Notes: generated by a model not told the origin, from the letters alone. A stretch of DNA of 43,308 nt from Candidatus Aenigmatarchaeota archaeon (GCA_041489155.1 JBGPQP010000010.1:1-43308), one strand, 5' to 3'. Counted from the first letter of the stretch, positions 8,707 to 18,860 are shown. Numbers and translations: made by a program.

Positions 8707-11025
8707 ATGACATCGCGCAAATTTTTATTTGCCGCAATGATCTTGCTTTCCTTATGCTTTTGCATAAATTCTGTCAATGGGGAAATTCTGTGTTCATACG
8801 CAGGCCCTGAGACATCGCAGGATTACATGCGCCTTTACAATTTCACGGTTTCAGGCCCGTCGCCGCTGAAAGAGGACGACAAGATAACGGTGAGTTTCAA
8901 GCTGCAGAACTCTCATCCAAACCAGTCTGATATCAAACTCGGCAGCAAGGGTATTTTTGCCAGTGTGATAGACCCAAATAATATAGATTCTTCTTTTGGC
9001 TTCACCTACGCCGGCAGCACGGTGAAAACGGGCCAGATTCTTTCGGTACAGGTAACGAGAATACTGGACAAGCCGGGCACGTGGAAAATATGGCCGTCTT
9101 ATCACATTACTAACAAGACAGGCGAAACCCTAGGGCCGGATGAATGGCACGTATGCGTGCTGAATGCTGGTACAGTTGTTGTTGATGCCGACAAAGACGG
9201 CTTCCCCGACGCCGAAGACAACTGCCCTTCCGTCTCAAACCAGGACCAGAAGGATTCGGACAATGACGACCTGGGCGACGCATGCGACACATGCGACGAC
9301 CGCGACAGCGACGGCGACGGCATCAAGAACTGCCTTGACAAATGTCCGAAGGAGAAGGAGAATTACAACAAATATCTCGATGATGACGGCTGCCCCGACA
9401 ACGTCACTCTGGTGCAGCCCAATATTACGCTGCAAACGATAATGCCGAACCTGACACTCCAGCTCAACGCGACAAATCAGAGCGGCCAGAACCAGAGCAA
9501 GACCTCTGCCAAAACCATAATCATAAAGCTGCCGACTTCGACCGCTTCGACACCGCAGCCCGTCACCATAAACCAGCCGACAAGGGACACAGTGCGTGAA
9601 GGGCCTCTTGGTGATGCGGCGTTCGAGGACGAGGACAACGACAGCGTGGCGAACATCCAGGACCGCTGCCTGGGCACGCCTGCAGGGAGCAGCGTTTACG
9701 ACAACGGCTGCAGATGCAGGGACACGGACAGGGGCATGGAGATATACGTTGCAGGCAATGTCACCCATCTGGACGGCCCCATGGAATTCAACGATAGCGA
9801 CCGCTGCTGGGGCGACACGCTCAGGGAGAATTTCTGCGAAGCAAACGACACGCCGGGCTTCAGGGTCATGACGTGCGATTACGGCTGCGAGAACGGCGCT
9901 TGCAAAATACCTTTTGTTGCCGTTTTCAGGGAACTTGAACCTATGATACCCTTGGGCGCATGCTCTGCCGGCGGGGCGACTTGCGCGGATGGCATTCAAA
10001 ACCAGGATGAGACAGGGATTGATTGCGGAGGCAAATGCCCTCCATGCAATACGCGCTGTTCGACGGCGACTAAATACGCCCCTGCCGACACGCCGTGCAC
10101 CGGCCATTTCGTGGGCGGCGGGACTTATGTGTCGGAGAGCGGGCGCAGGGTGAGCGGCGTCTTCACGGTATCCGACGAAAGCAGAAGCGACATGCATAGA
10201 ATCAATCTCACCTGGACCGATGGCGGAGGCGAGTGCAACTGCCAGTTCTACGAAGTCTGCGACGAGGGGCTGGATTTCGTGGTAGACGAGGCGCTCGACT
10301 GCTGCAGCTCAAGGAACTGGGACGAGGTAAACCGCACCGTTGACCCCAACCTGTGCAAGGAAGCCCTGAGAGGCGGAGGCTCGAATTGCAAAAAATGCGT
10401 GGGGCTTTACATCATCAAAGGCCTGGGCACATACGCGCGATGGATGAGAGGCTATTTCCGCAATGCGGGGATGAATTATTATGTTTGCGGCGCGTGGGTG
10501 GAGGCCGCGCCAGCGGAGCGCCTGATCAACGAGCACAGAACCGGCATATGCAGGGACTATTCTGGCGCGCTAACGACGCTCCTCAGGAAAGCAGGGTATT
10601 CGCAGAGTGAGATCTCGAATTTCTGCGACGGAGCGCACTGCTACAACCTTGTGAAACTGCCCGGCAACACGAAATACCACGTGGTCGACACGACGGGAAA
10701 CAGTCATGATATCAACCTAGGCGGCCTGCCAAGCGGCTACCCTTACTGCGATAACCTGAACGGAACAAGATACTGCTACCAGTACCAGCGCGGGCTGTCG
10801 CTCTACACGGGGCCGATTGCGGACATGGCGGAATACTGGAGAGTCGTCGACAGCGGCGGAGTATATGCATATCCCCACAAGCCCGAATGCGGCGGCTACG
10901 GCATGCCCGGCAGGAGAATCTTGGACTTCGCTCCCGAGTGCGGGCCGGGCGTCGCCTGCGCAAGGGACAACTTCAGAATCCCAGACTGGGCGCCGCCTTT
11001 AAGCGAGATAATAGGATGCAGCTAA
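8707..11025 (+). CDS. Secreted Cys-rich surface protein with thrombospondin type-3 Ca-binding repeats and a C-terminal transglutaminase-like domain
   Basis: Signal peptide; DADKDGFPDAEDNCP..DSDNDDLGDACD repeats; GICRDYS...LLRKAG...HCYN...VVDTT triad. Confidence 0.85.
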   Translation: MTSRKFLFAAMILLSLCFCINSVNGEILCSYAGPETSQDYMRLYNFTVSGPSPLKEDDKITVSFKLQNSHPNQSDIKLGSKGIFASVIDPNNIDSSFGFTYAGSTVKTGQILSVQVTRILDKPGTWKIWPSYHITNKTGETLGPDEWHVCVLNAGTVVVDADKDGFPDAEDNCPSVSNQDQKDSDNDDLGDACDTCDDRDSDGDGIKNCLDKCPKEKENYNKYLDDDGCPDNVTLVQPNITLQTIMPNLTLQLNATNQSGQNQSKTSAKTIIIKLPTSTASTPQPVTINQPTRDTVREGPLGDAAFEDEDNDSVANIQDRCLGTPAGSSVYDNGCRCRDTDRGMEIYVAGNVTHLDGPMEFNDSDRCWGDTLRENFCEANDTPGFRVMTCDYGCENGACKIPFVAVFRELEPMIPLGACSAGGATCADGIQNQDETGIDCGGKCPPCNTRCSTATKYAPADTPCTGHFVGGGTYVSESGRRVSGVFTVSDESRSDMHRINLTWTDGGGECNCQFYEVCDEGLDFVVDEALDCCSSRNWDEVNRTVDPNLCKEALRGGGSNCKKCVGLYIIKGLGTYARWMRGYFRNAGMNYYVCGAWVEAAPAERLINEHRTGICRDYSGALTTLLRKAGYSQSEISNFCDGAHCYNLVKLPGNTKYHVVDTTGNSHDINLGGLPSGYPYCDNLNGTRYCYQYQRGLSLYTGPIADMAEYWRVVDSGGVYAYPHKPECGGYGMPGRRILDFAPECGPGVACARDNFRIPDWAPPLSEIIGCS

Positions 11026-11026
11026 A

Positions 11027-11782
11027 ATGAGAACCATGATGAAAATAGGCCTGATGATAATTGTGGCAGTTTTGTTAGCCATTTTCCTGTTTCAAAACGC
11101 GGGCGCGGAAACATATAACGGCGTCAATATCTACCGCGTCGCGCCTGACAGTGCCTTCATCGGCCAGAAGATATGGGTCGCGCTTATATTCGAAAACACT
11201 GGGAGCGCAACAAAAATCATCTCCATAAACGAAAGCCTCGGCGACGCGAATTTTAACCAGAGCGAAGCGAAATATATTCAGACCGCATACGGCGAAAAAA
11301 TCTGGTATTATGAATGGAAAATAACGCTTGAAGCCAAAGCGAATACATCGGTCGCCTACTGGCTTATGCCGAAGACTGTTGGAACCTATGTAATCTCGCC
11401 GGCCAAAATCCAAATAAGCAGCTCTATCTACCAGCTGAAAAGCCATTCCATCGAGGTCAGATGCAACACGAACAATGCCTGCGAATCGGGCGAAAACTAT
11501 ATGAACTGCCCGGAGGATTGCTCCACCGGTTCGGCGGATGGCATTTGCGACGCAGTCGCCGACGGCAAATGCGATCCGGACTGCGAGGCAGCGAATGACG
11601 CCGACTGCAAGCCGGCAGAAACGCCAAAGCAGCCCGGGAATGAAACTCCAGCAGCGGCTACGCCAGGGGAAAAACAGCCGCAGGACTGGACAACCGCATT
11701 CATCATAATCGGAGTCGTGGTTGTTGCAGCAGCAGCCGTGGCAGCTATGAAATTTCTCAGGAAACCGGAAAGGAAGAAGTGA
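11027..11782 (+). CDS. Surface protein with Ig-like domain, Cys-rich repeat and C-terminal membrane anchor
   Basis: Signal peptide, CESGENYMNCPEDC / DGICD / DGKCDPDC, C-terminal TM plus basic tail; 1 nt after the upstream stop. Confidence 0.8.
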   Translation: MRTMMKIGLMIIVAVLLAIFLFQNAGAETYNGVNIYRVAPDSAFIGQKIWVALIFENTGSATKIISINESLGDANFNQSEAKYIQTAYGEKIWYYEWKITLEAKANTSVAYWLMPKTVGTYVISPAKIQISSSIYQLKSHSIEVRCNTNNACESGENYMNCPEDCSTGSADGICDAVADGKCDPDCEAANDADCKPAETPKQPGNETPAAATPGEKQPQDWTTAFIIIGVVVVAAAAVAAMKFLRKPERKK

Positions 11783-11832
11783 ACGTAAAATCCTGATGCA
11801 GCTTTACATTTGGTAGTAAGTTTTCGCGGCCC

Positions 11833-12552
11833 TCAGAAGCCGGAAAGGCTCTTCTGGACTTCGGCTTTTTGCTTGTCTTCGTCGGGCTTCCCTGACATGC
11901 CCGCCCACCTACAGAACCCGCAGTCCTTCGCCGGCGCAGGCTCCCCGCCGAGCAGGCAGGCGACCGCGTCAAGGAAAAGCTTCTCGCCGCGCTTACGGTC
12001 GACCGGGACCTTGACCGGGTCCGGGTCGAAAATCACGTTATGCCGCTCGTCAACGCCCGTCGGATGGTAGAAAATGAGGATCGCGAAATCCGCGGGAGGG
12101 AGCGAGTTCTTCTCGAGGAGGAACGAATAGATGTTCATCTGGTTTTGGTAGTGCTCGTGGATCTCGTCTCTGCGCGGGAAGCCGCGCGTCTTGAAATCGA
12201 GCGGCGCGTATTTGCCGTCGCTGGTCACGAACAGGTCGTCCAGCGCACCCATGAGGGTCGCGCCCGTCTTCTCGTCCCTGTAGCGCAGGCCTTTGTAGTT
12301 GCTCCTCCATATTTCCAACTGCTCGATATCGCTGAAAAGCCTCCCGTGAAACTTGCCGTCAAGTTCTTCGGGAAGCGAGCGGTCCTGCCTGTGCCTGTCG
12401 AAATGCTTCTTCAGCACGTGGTCCATGCCTGACGGAAGGGTTGGAAAGCCGGTTTCCGGCCTCTTTATCCCCATGTTGAACCTGAGCCAGAAGCAGTGCG
12501 GGCATTCGATGAAAAGCGAAATCGTGGATGGCGACAGAGTAAGAGCTTTCAT
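11833..12552 (-). CDS. PD-(D/E)XK nuclease (RecB/Cas4-like family)
   Basis: LSPS..S.F..CPHC, GALDD, LDFKT, Q...Y and C-terminal CGFC. Confidence 0.88.
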   Translation of the reverse strand: MKALTLSPSTISLFIECPHCFWLRFNMGIKRPETGFPTLPSGMDHVLKKHFDRHRQDRSLPEELDGKFHGRLFSDIEQLEIWRSNYKGLRYRDEKTGATLMGALDDLFVTSDGKYAPLDFKTRGFPRRDEIHEHYQNQMNIYSFLLEKNSLPPADFAILIFYHPTGVDERHNVIFDPDPVKVPVDRKRGEKLFLDAVACLLGGEPAPAKDCGFCRWAGMSGKPDEDKQKAEVQKSLSGF

Positions 12553-12586
12553 AATATCTGAATTTGAGAAGGGGCTTTAAAAGAAT

Positions 12587-13300
12587 TTAATGTGCTCTTC
12601 TTTCAACCCTTTGCTTTACGTCCAGAAGGAAATTTCTGTCAAATATATCAGGCCTGGAGCAAAGGAAGTCCCATCCCAATTCGAGGTCCTCAGAAACTAT
12701 CCTGACGCCCTCGCCCAGCATTTCCTGGTAGGTCATATCCCTTTTTTGATGGTACATGTGCATTTTGTTAACGTCTATGCCAAAGCACGTGGAATCAGCT
12801 TCCTTTAAAAGGCCCGGGCTGAAGGGCTGCAAATTCGGCGGCATGGAAGACAGGAAAGGAACGTAAGGCAGCATGCCGCATTTGTCTCTTTTCCTCCCTA
12901 CGCTTACGCCGTCAACCGTGTACAACGTGTCTCCGCTTCCGACAACTATTTTCAGTTCGACGTTCATGAGCTTCCTGTAATTGCTCCTGAAGAACTCACC
13001 AAGCTGCTCAAAAGTGCGTATACCACGGGCCCATGACATTGCAGGATCGATGTATTCAACAGGCGGCACGACGAAAGTTGTTGCATCGGGATCGAACAAA
13101 ATTTCATTGTCCCTGCGGTACAGTTCGGCGGACATGAAAAGTTCTCTGCAATCGCCGCCGCAAAAATATTCCGGCTTGCTAAAACGTCCCCTCGGGCAAT
13201 ATTCCTTTTCATCTCTGCGATGGACGTCTACCCTGAAAGTTTCCTGTTCCCTGAAAGGGCTTATGTCTACGGAATCCAAATTTCTTCCCAGGATATTCAT
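12587..13300 (-). CDS. Hypothetical protein
   Basis: 237-aa ATG ORF filling the gap; no motif recognised. Confidence 0.65.
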   Translation of the reverse strand: MNILGRNLDSVDISPFREQETFRVDVHRRDEKEYCPRGRFSKPEYFCGGDCRELFMSAELYRRDNEILFDPDATTFVVPPVEYIDPAMSWARGIRTFEQLGEFFRSNYRKLMNVELKIVVGSGDTLYTVDGVSVGRKRDKCGMLPYVPFLSSMPPNLQPFSPGLLKEADSTCFGIDVNKMHMYHQKRDMTYQEMLGEGVRIVSEDLELGWDFLCSRPDIFDRNFLLDVKQRVERRAH

Positions 13301-13358
13301 TACTATTTATTAGTAACAATTTTAAAAAGCTTGACAGTCGGGCATTTGCCGCCTGGTT

Positions 13359-15479
13359 TCACTCCATCCTGGGATAAGGTCCTTCTGAGGCGACTTTCTG
13401 GAAGACCAGCTCTTTCAGTTCGGTCAGGTCGGACAGCGCATTGAGCTTTATCTTCTTGCCGGAGACCGTGTAAAGCACGTCGCCTATGTACAGGCTTCGC
13501 TTTACTGAATACTGGTCGCCGTAGTAATAGTAGCCGCTCTTCATGAATGTCTGGTCGTTCGCGTCGTAATGGGTGATTCGCCCTTTAAGGACAAAGCCGT
13601 TCTCGAGCGTGAGGTCGTAGACGTACGCTCCTTGGTAGACGTATTCGCCGTAAGGCGGCCACCAGCCCTCCTTCTGGGTCTCCTGCTTCTGCGCGTCAGT
13701 CAGCTCTGCCAGGAGGATTGGCACGACCAGCAGGTTCTTCTCCCTGTCAAACAGGAAGGCCTTGTGGTCCTGCAAAGCGTAAGAATCCGTGCCCCTGTCG
13801 CCTATCACGACCTTGTGCATCTCCACCGGGTTTGCGACGTCCGTCACGTCGAAAAGTGCGATTTTCACTCCCTGGTACCATGCGAAATCGCTCGGCATGC
13901 CTTCCTGCGATTCAGCGTCGACAGCTTCCTTGCCTATGCCTATGATGTGGTTTTCATCGTATGGGTGCAGATAATCGGAGTAGCCGGGTATCTTGAGCTT
14001 GCCGAGGATCTTCGGGTTCGCGTGGTCGGAAAGGTCGAGCACGAAGAACGGGTCGATCTTCTTGAACGTCACGAGATAGCCTCGCGCGCCCATGAACCTT
14101 GCCGAGTATATCGACTCGCCGGGAGCGATGTTCTCTATCTTGCCGCTCATGCTCAGGTCGTCAGCGAAGATGTAGATGTTGTTGGACGTCGTGCCCTGCA
14201 CGCCCATCGAGCCTCTGAAAAGCCTGCCGACGGTCGTCGCAATGCGGAAATGCGAATCGTATTCGTCCATGGAAAACTGGTTCAGTATGTGGCCGGGCGC
14301 CTCCATCTTGCCCACGTACGAGATGGCGCCATTACTCAGGCTGAACTTGTGTATGATGGTTTTTTCCTGCGGCTCCTCGCCCTCACTTAACCAGAACGGG
14401 TAATTCTGCTCTGCTATGTAAAGATTTGAAAGCGACGCGTATATGTTCTGGCCGGAGCCGATTATCACTTCCTTTTTGACTTCTAACTCCGGGTTTTCCA
14501 TCGAGATTGAAGCGACGGTTATGAAGTTCTGCGGATTGACCGGCTCAAAGTAAGCGACGTCGTCGCAACCGCATGTCTGCGTGTAATTCGTGTCCTCGCC
14601 CACTTCGGCGAGCTTCCTGTCCCTGTAGAGGGGTATGATTTCCTGTCCCGTCTGCTCTGGAGGAGCGTTCTGGAATTTTTCCATGACCCAGTATTGCGGA
14701 TAGGAATTGACGATGAAATAAACATCCGGGCCTATTTTTCTGGAGGAAACATAACTTCCCTCGAAATCAACGCTGCGAATCAGGCTCGGGTTCGTCTTGT
14801 CGCTGACGTCCCATATCTGGACTGTCGCGAAGCTCGTGTAGCGGTATGGATAATAATCGGGAGCTATCATTTTCTCTGCCGCACTTGAACCCGACTGCAC
14901 TACAGGCTCTTCTCCCTCGATGGGAATCTGCCTGCTGGTGGAGCCGAAAATCAGGACCTTTGAGTTGTGGATGAAAATCTCCTGCGGATAGAATTCTCCG
15001 AGATCAGTCTCGCTGAGGATCGCCGCGTCATCCGCAGGGTACGCTTTCGCTATAACAAGAGTCGAATTCGTACCGTAATAGCCCTGGGAAGGCAGTGTAT
15101 ATATGTATTCACCGTCCGTCTTCACTATGTCGGCCTCGTCGACGCCCGCGACCTGTATGTTAGTCTCGGAGTAGGCAACGCCAGCGCCGTTGGCAGAGTC
15201 CTTGGCTGCGCTTTCAGCTGTCATCATCGGCGCGACGCCGCCAAGAGTTTGCGCGAAGCCACCTCTTGTCATGTAAAATAAATTAGCCTTCTGCTGGGCA
15301 TCCTTGAAGGTGGCGGTGATGCCGCTGCAAGAGCTGAACCTTGGAACATTGCTGAGCGGCACGGGATTTGTCTTATAGGCATAATAAGAAACAACGCCTC
15401 CGACAACAAGAGCTATTATGAGGAACGCGGTCACTGCCGTGAAACCCTTGGACTTCGAACGAGAGAATTTTCCTTTCAT
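13359..15479 (-). CDS. Secreted beta-propeller domain protein
   Basis: YSETNIQVAGVDEADIVKTDG, NQFSMDE, ESIYSARF, GKLKIPGYSDYLHP and DHKAFL are typical of this family; N-terminal TM. Confidence 0.9.
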   Translation of the reverse strand: MKGKFSRSKSKGFTAVTAFLIIALVVGGVVSYYAYKTNPVPLSNVPRFSSCSGITATFKDAQQKANLFYMTRGGFAQTLGGVAPMMTAESAAKDSANGAGVAYSETNIQVAGVDEADIVKTDGEYIYTLPSQGYYGTNSTLVIAKAYPADDAAILSETDLGEFYPQEIFIHNSKVLIFGSTSRQIPIEGEEPVVQSGSSAAEKMIAPDYYPYRYTSFATVQIWDVSDKTNPSLIRSVDFEGSYVSSRKIGPDVYFIVNSYPQYWVMEKFQNAPPEQTGQEIIPLYRDRKLAEVGEDTNYTQTCGCDDVAYFEPVNPQNFITVASISMENPELEVKKEVIIGSGQNIYASLSNLYIAEQNYPFWLSEGEEPQEKTIIHKFSLSNGAISYVGKMEAPGHILNQFSMDEYDSHFRIATTVGRLFRGSMGVQGTTSNNIYIFADDLSMSGKIENIAPGESIYSARFMGARGYLVTFKKIDPFFVLDLSDHANPKILGKLKIPGYSDYLHPYDENHIIGIGKEAVDAESQEGMPSDFAWYQGVKIALFDVTDVANPVEMHKVVIGDRGTDSYALQDHKAFLFDREKNLLVVPILLAELTDAQKQETQKEGWWPPYGEYVYQGAYVYDLTLENGFVLKGRITHYDANDQTFMKSGYYYYGDQYSVKRSLYIGDVLYTVSGKKIKLNALSDLTELKELVFQKVASEGPYPRME

Positions 15480-15540
15480 GCTCTATTCTTGTGGCGATTT
15501 ATTAAATAGTCTTGCGTTTTTGTTCGGTAAAGGCCGAAAC

Positions 15541-15999
15541 TCAGGAATAACATTGATCTTCATAAAGTATTTTTACATTCTTTCCGATAACTGTCTCATT
15601 GAATTTGTTGCCATTCACCTCAAGCACGTAAAGCGCTTTCTTCGAAGAGGCATAGGTTTCGCAAACATCACCAGCGCATGGCACGACATGGAAAATGTCA
15701 ACAACACTTAGATTAGCGTCTATGAAAAGCATGTCTAGCGGTATCAGCGTGTTCTTCATCCAGAAGCTGTGGAAGCCCTCGTCTTCGAAAACGAACAGCA
15801 TCCCGCATTCGCTGCAGAGATTCTTCCTGAACATCAGGCCCGTCTGCATTTCCTGTTCGGTTCTTGCTACTTCAACGCTTATCCTATCTTCACCAATATC
15901 AACATAGTTGTAACTTTTGCAGCCGCTTGCCAGAAGAAACAGGTAAACTGCGAGTGCCAAGAAGAATATCGATACTACAGCAAGCACATACTTGTTCAT
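15541..15999 (-). CDS. DUF192 family protein
   Basis: VEVA......GLMFR, GMLFVF, FWMKNTLIPLDMLF, YVLEVN. Confidence 0.9.
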   Translation of the reverse strand: MNKYVLAVVSIFFLALAVYLFLLASGCKSYNYVDIGEDRISVEVARTEQEMQTGLMFRKNLCSECGMLFVFEDEGFHSFWMKNTLIPLDMLFIDANLSVVDIFHVVPCAGDVCETYASSKKALYVLEVNGNKFNETVIGKNVKILYEDQCYS

Positions 16000-16017
16000 G
16001 TTCAAAGACCAGCGGCG

Positions 16018-16587
16018 CTAGAACTTAACTTCCACGTCCTTCTTTTCCGCTTCCGTCGCCCTGAAGAATTCCTCGTTCTGGTAGCCGAGCGTCCTCGCCA
16101 CGAACATGTCCGGGAAGGATTGTATGCGGATGTTGTAGGTGTTGACGGAATCGTTATAGAATTCGCGTCGGTCAGCGAGTTCGTTTTCGATGCCGCTTAT
16201 CCTGCCCTGCAGCTGGATGAAGTTCTCGTTCGCCTTGAGGTTCGGGTAGTTCTCGGCGACCGCGAATATCGTTTTTAACGCGCCGGATATGATGCCATCC
16301 GCCTTCGCTTTCTCCGGAAGCGTCTTGGCGTTCATGAAATCCGTTCGCGCCTTCGTGAGATCCGTCAGCGTGCCTCGCTCGTGCTTCATGTAGCCCTTGA
16401 CGGATTCGATAAGCTTCGGTAACTCATCGACTCTCTGCTTCAATAAGACTTCGATGTTGGACAGCGATTTCTTTATGTTGTTTTTCAGTCGCACTAATCC
16501 GTTGAAAACAGAAATCACGTATACAACTATCACTAGCAAAACAAGACCTACGACGGTCATGATTATAACTTCAAGCCCGAAAGCCAT
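16018..16587 (-). CDS. lemA: LemA family protein
   Basis: N-terminal TM, FNGLV, LKQR.D..PKL, AVAENYPNLKA, RR..YND.V..YN...FP. Confidence 0.93.
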   Translation of the reverse strand: MAFGLEVIIMTVVGLVLLVIVVYVISVFNGLVRLKNNIKKSLSNIEVLLKQRVDELPKLIESVKGYMKHERGTLTDLTKARTDFMNAKTLPEKAKADGIISGALKTIFAVAENYPNLKANENFIQLQGRISGIENELADRREFYNDSVNTYNIRIQSFPDMFVARTLGYQNEEFFRATEAEKKDVEVKF

Positions 16588-16615
16588 GATAAATCACCAT
16601 CCATTATTTGTTATC

Positions 16616-17374
16616 CTATAACATTCCCGTAAATATAAATATGACTGCCATGCAGCCCGCTATCAGCGCTATGCCGCCGAAGATGCCGGCGAAGGCCTTC
16701 AATCGCAGCCTTCCGAGTATGTCCTTCTCCTGCTTGTCTGAGACGTAATAGAACTTCTCGAAACTGCCCCTCTGTATCATGATATCCTCGAAGCTTTGCT
16801 TCGCCGTCGCCTCTTCGACGTACGGATTGTCGCCGGCCGTGCCCATGATGTAGAGATTGTCTCCGGGAACGATGGAACTCTCCATGAAGCGCATCTGCTT
16901 GTCCATGCCGAAAAAGCTTTCATGACGTATGCCATTCGCTGCCATGAACTGCAGGACTCTTTGCGGCGGGTCAGCACCCCAGCCGGAGCCGAATTCGTAG
17001 TCCTTAGAAATGTCGATTTTTGCTCCCTTGGGATCGACCAGCACTGTCGCAGTGTCATCTTTTAGGTAAAACTGCACCCTCTCGCTTCCGCTCCTTACAG
17101 TCGCCCAGTAGCTGGTGTCCTTGGTCTTGCGCAGCTCCTTTATTTCATATTTGTAATATATACAGTCCTCGCCGGAGAACGGTCCTTTAAGCAGCTGCCT
17201 TCCGGGGACGACCTTGCCGTAGATTTCCGAGAGGCCCATCGCCAGCGAGCGTATCTTGGACGTCGGTATGTTTTCGATGAGCCGCTTCTGTCTGAACCAC
17301 ACGAGCCCGAGAATGAAAACGACGATGCCGGCGAAGAAGCCGCCAATTGAATAAAGGAAAGGCTCGCCTGTCAT
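16616..17374 (-). CDS. GIDE/BAM-domain membrane protein
   Basis: TM, IENIPTSKIRSLAMG.SE..G, P.SG..C.YY, F.L.DDT...VDP.GA, E..I.PGD.LYIMG and a C-terminal TM; directly upstream of lemA. Confidence 0.8.
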   Translation of the reverse strand: MTGEPFLYSIGGFFAGIVVFILGLVWFRQKRLIENIPTSKIRSLAMGLSEIYGKVVPGRQLLKGPFSGEDCIYYKYEIKELRKTKDTSYWATVRSGSERVQFYLKDDTATVLVDPKGAKIDISKDYEFGSGWGADPPQRVLQFMAANGIRHESFFGMDKQMRFMESSIVPGDNLYIMGTAGDNPYVEEATAKQSFEDIMIQRGSFEKFYYVSDKQEKDILGRLRLKAFAGIFGGIALIAGCMAVIFIFTGML

Positions 17375-17437
17375 ATAATCAAATTAAAGCGGCTTTATTT
17401 AAAAAAGCCGGACCATTTATTCTTGTAGGTGTGGCGA

Positions 17438-17548
17438 ATGGGCGAGCAGGAGCGCATCGAGTTCTTCGAGAGCAAGAAGAGGAAGAAGTACAAGGCAGTT
17501 TACAGGAAGGGAGTTAAACACAGAAGGCTACTTGGGAAAGAGCTTTAG
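17438..17548 (+). CDS. Small 36-aa highly basic peptide (not in ORF track)
   Basis: MGEQERIEFFESKKRKKYKAVYRKGVKHRRLLGKEL*; AGGTG SD-like element upstream; TTTAAA box near 17398; host-like codon usage. Confidence 0.5.
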   Translation: MGEQERIEFFESKKRKKYKAVYRKGVKHRRLLGKEL

Positions 17549-17585
17549 ATTCCGCTGATGCGGAATTAGAAGAAATGGTGAAGGC

Positions 17586-18173
17586 ATGCCAAGCGTTTTC
17601 GACTTCAGTGTCACGGAGATAAGGGACATCCTGATATCGATGCTGGTCCTGGGTTTCGTTTTTTCCTACCCGGAAGTATTGTCTGATCCGCTGTTCATAC
17701 TCATCTCGCTGCTCGGCGTCGGCATAGCCTTCATAGGCCACGAGCTGTCCCATCGTTTCGTCGCGCGCAGGCTCGGCTTTTATTCGGCATACAAGATGTG
17801 GCCGCAGGGCCTTTTGATGGCGCTGCTGCTGGCGGTGGCAACGGGCGGAGGCTTCGTGTTCGCGGCGCCAGGCGCCGTCATCTTCTCGAGCTACTGGGTT
17901 TTCAGGAACCCCACGCTGAGGGACATCGGCCTCATCGGCGTTGCAGGAACGGCGTTCAACATCTCGCTCATGTTCGCATCGCTTTACCTCTACTTCGCGA
18001 CCGGCCTTCCCATCTTCTCGTTCATCGGCTCGATAAACGCGTGGCTGGCGATATTCAACCTCATCCCCTTCGGCCCGCTCGACGGGACGAAGGTCATGCG
18101 CTGGAACTGGAGGATATGGCTTGCCGCGCTGGCACTCGCGCTCGCGGGCTTCATAGTGCTGACCATATTTTAA
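17586..18173 (+). CDS. Site-2 protease family (M50) membrane metalloprotease
   Basis: HELSH, FAAPGA and FNLIPFGPLDG motifs. Confidence 0.92.
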   Translation: MPSVFDFSVTEIRDILISMLVLGFVFSYPEVLSDPLFILISLLGVGIAFIGHELSHRFVARRLGFYSAYKMWPQGLLMALLLAVATGGGFVFAAPGAVIFSSYWVFRNPTLRDIGLIGVAGTAFNISLMFASLYLYFATGLPIFSFIGSINAWLAIFNLIPFGPLDGTKVMRWNWRIWLAALALALAGFIVLTIF

Positions 18174-18202
18174 TTTTTATTCAGGCTCGGCGAATTAGAA
18201 AT

Positions 18203-18805
18203 ATGAGGCATATTGTTTTGGCAGCCGCTGTTTTGATCTTTGTTGTGATGGCCAGCGGCTGCACGAACGGGCCCAACGTGAACTGGGAGGAGAGGAAGCT
18301 CAACGAGACCACTACATATGCATATGATAATAAGACCAACGCAAACGGCAACGACACCGGTAAAATAGAAATAAGCGGCGACTTTGCCTTCATGGTTTAC
18401 GGGGAAACTGAATTCTGGCCGAAGCCGAACAAGACCGAAAGCTTCAACGTCGTTTTCAGCAATCTTGACGATTTCGAGGGGAACCACACCTACATAGCGA
18501 GAATATTCCCTTTTGCAGCGGACTTCGACGCGATGGCAGCCTTCAAATGCCTGCATTTCACGACGTGCGAACCGCTGCTTTCCCACATGCGCCTGATGCT
18601 CGACCAGCCGGAGACACCCATCGAAGTCAATTACACGCGCGTCGGCCTCTACCAAATAGGCGTACGCATCCCGGATGACACGCCGGCTGGAATGTACATT
18701 TTCAATGCCATCGCCTGCGAAGACCTCTCCTTCAGCGCCTGCACGGAAACCACAACAAACTTCGGGCCGAACATACCGCTGATCGTCCACGTTATCGAGG
18801 TATGA
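18203..18805 (+). CDS. Hypothetical lipoprotein
   Basis: MRHIVLAAAVLIFVVMASGC lipobox; start trimmed from the longer shadow ORF. Confidence 0.75.
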   Translation: MRHIVLAAAVLIFVVMASGCTNGPNVNWEERKLNETTTYAYDNKTNANGNDTGKIEISGDFAFMVYGETEFWPKPNKTESFNVVFSNLDDFEGNHTYIARIFPFAADFDAMAAFKCLHFTTCEPLLSHMRLMLDQPETPIEVNYTRVGLYQIGVRIPDDTPAGMYIFNAIACEDLSFSACTETTTNFGPNIPLIVHVIEV

Positions 18806-18860
18806 ATTTTTTGTTTTTTGAAATTGAATGAAGATGAAATGAAAATGAAATTCAGTGAAA

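Noticed and set aside
11833..12552. CRISPR-associated cas4
   Set aside because: No array or other cas genes in the window.
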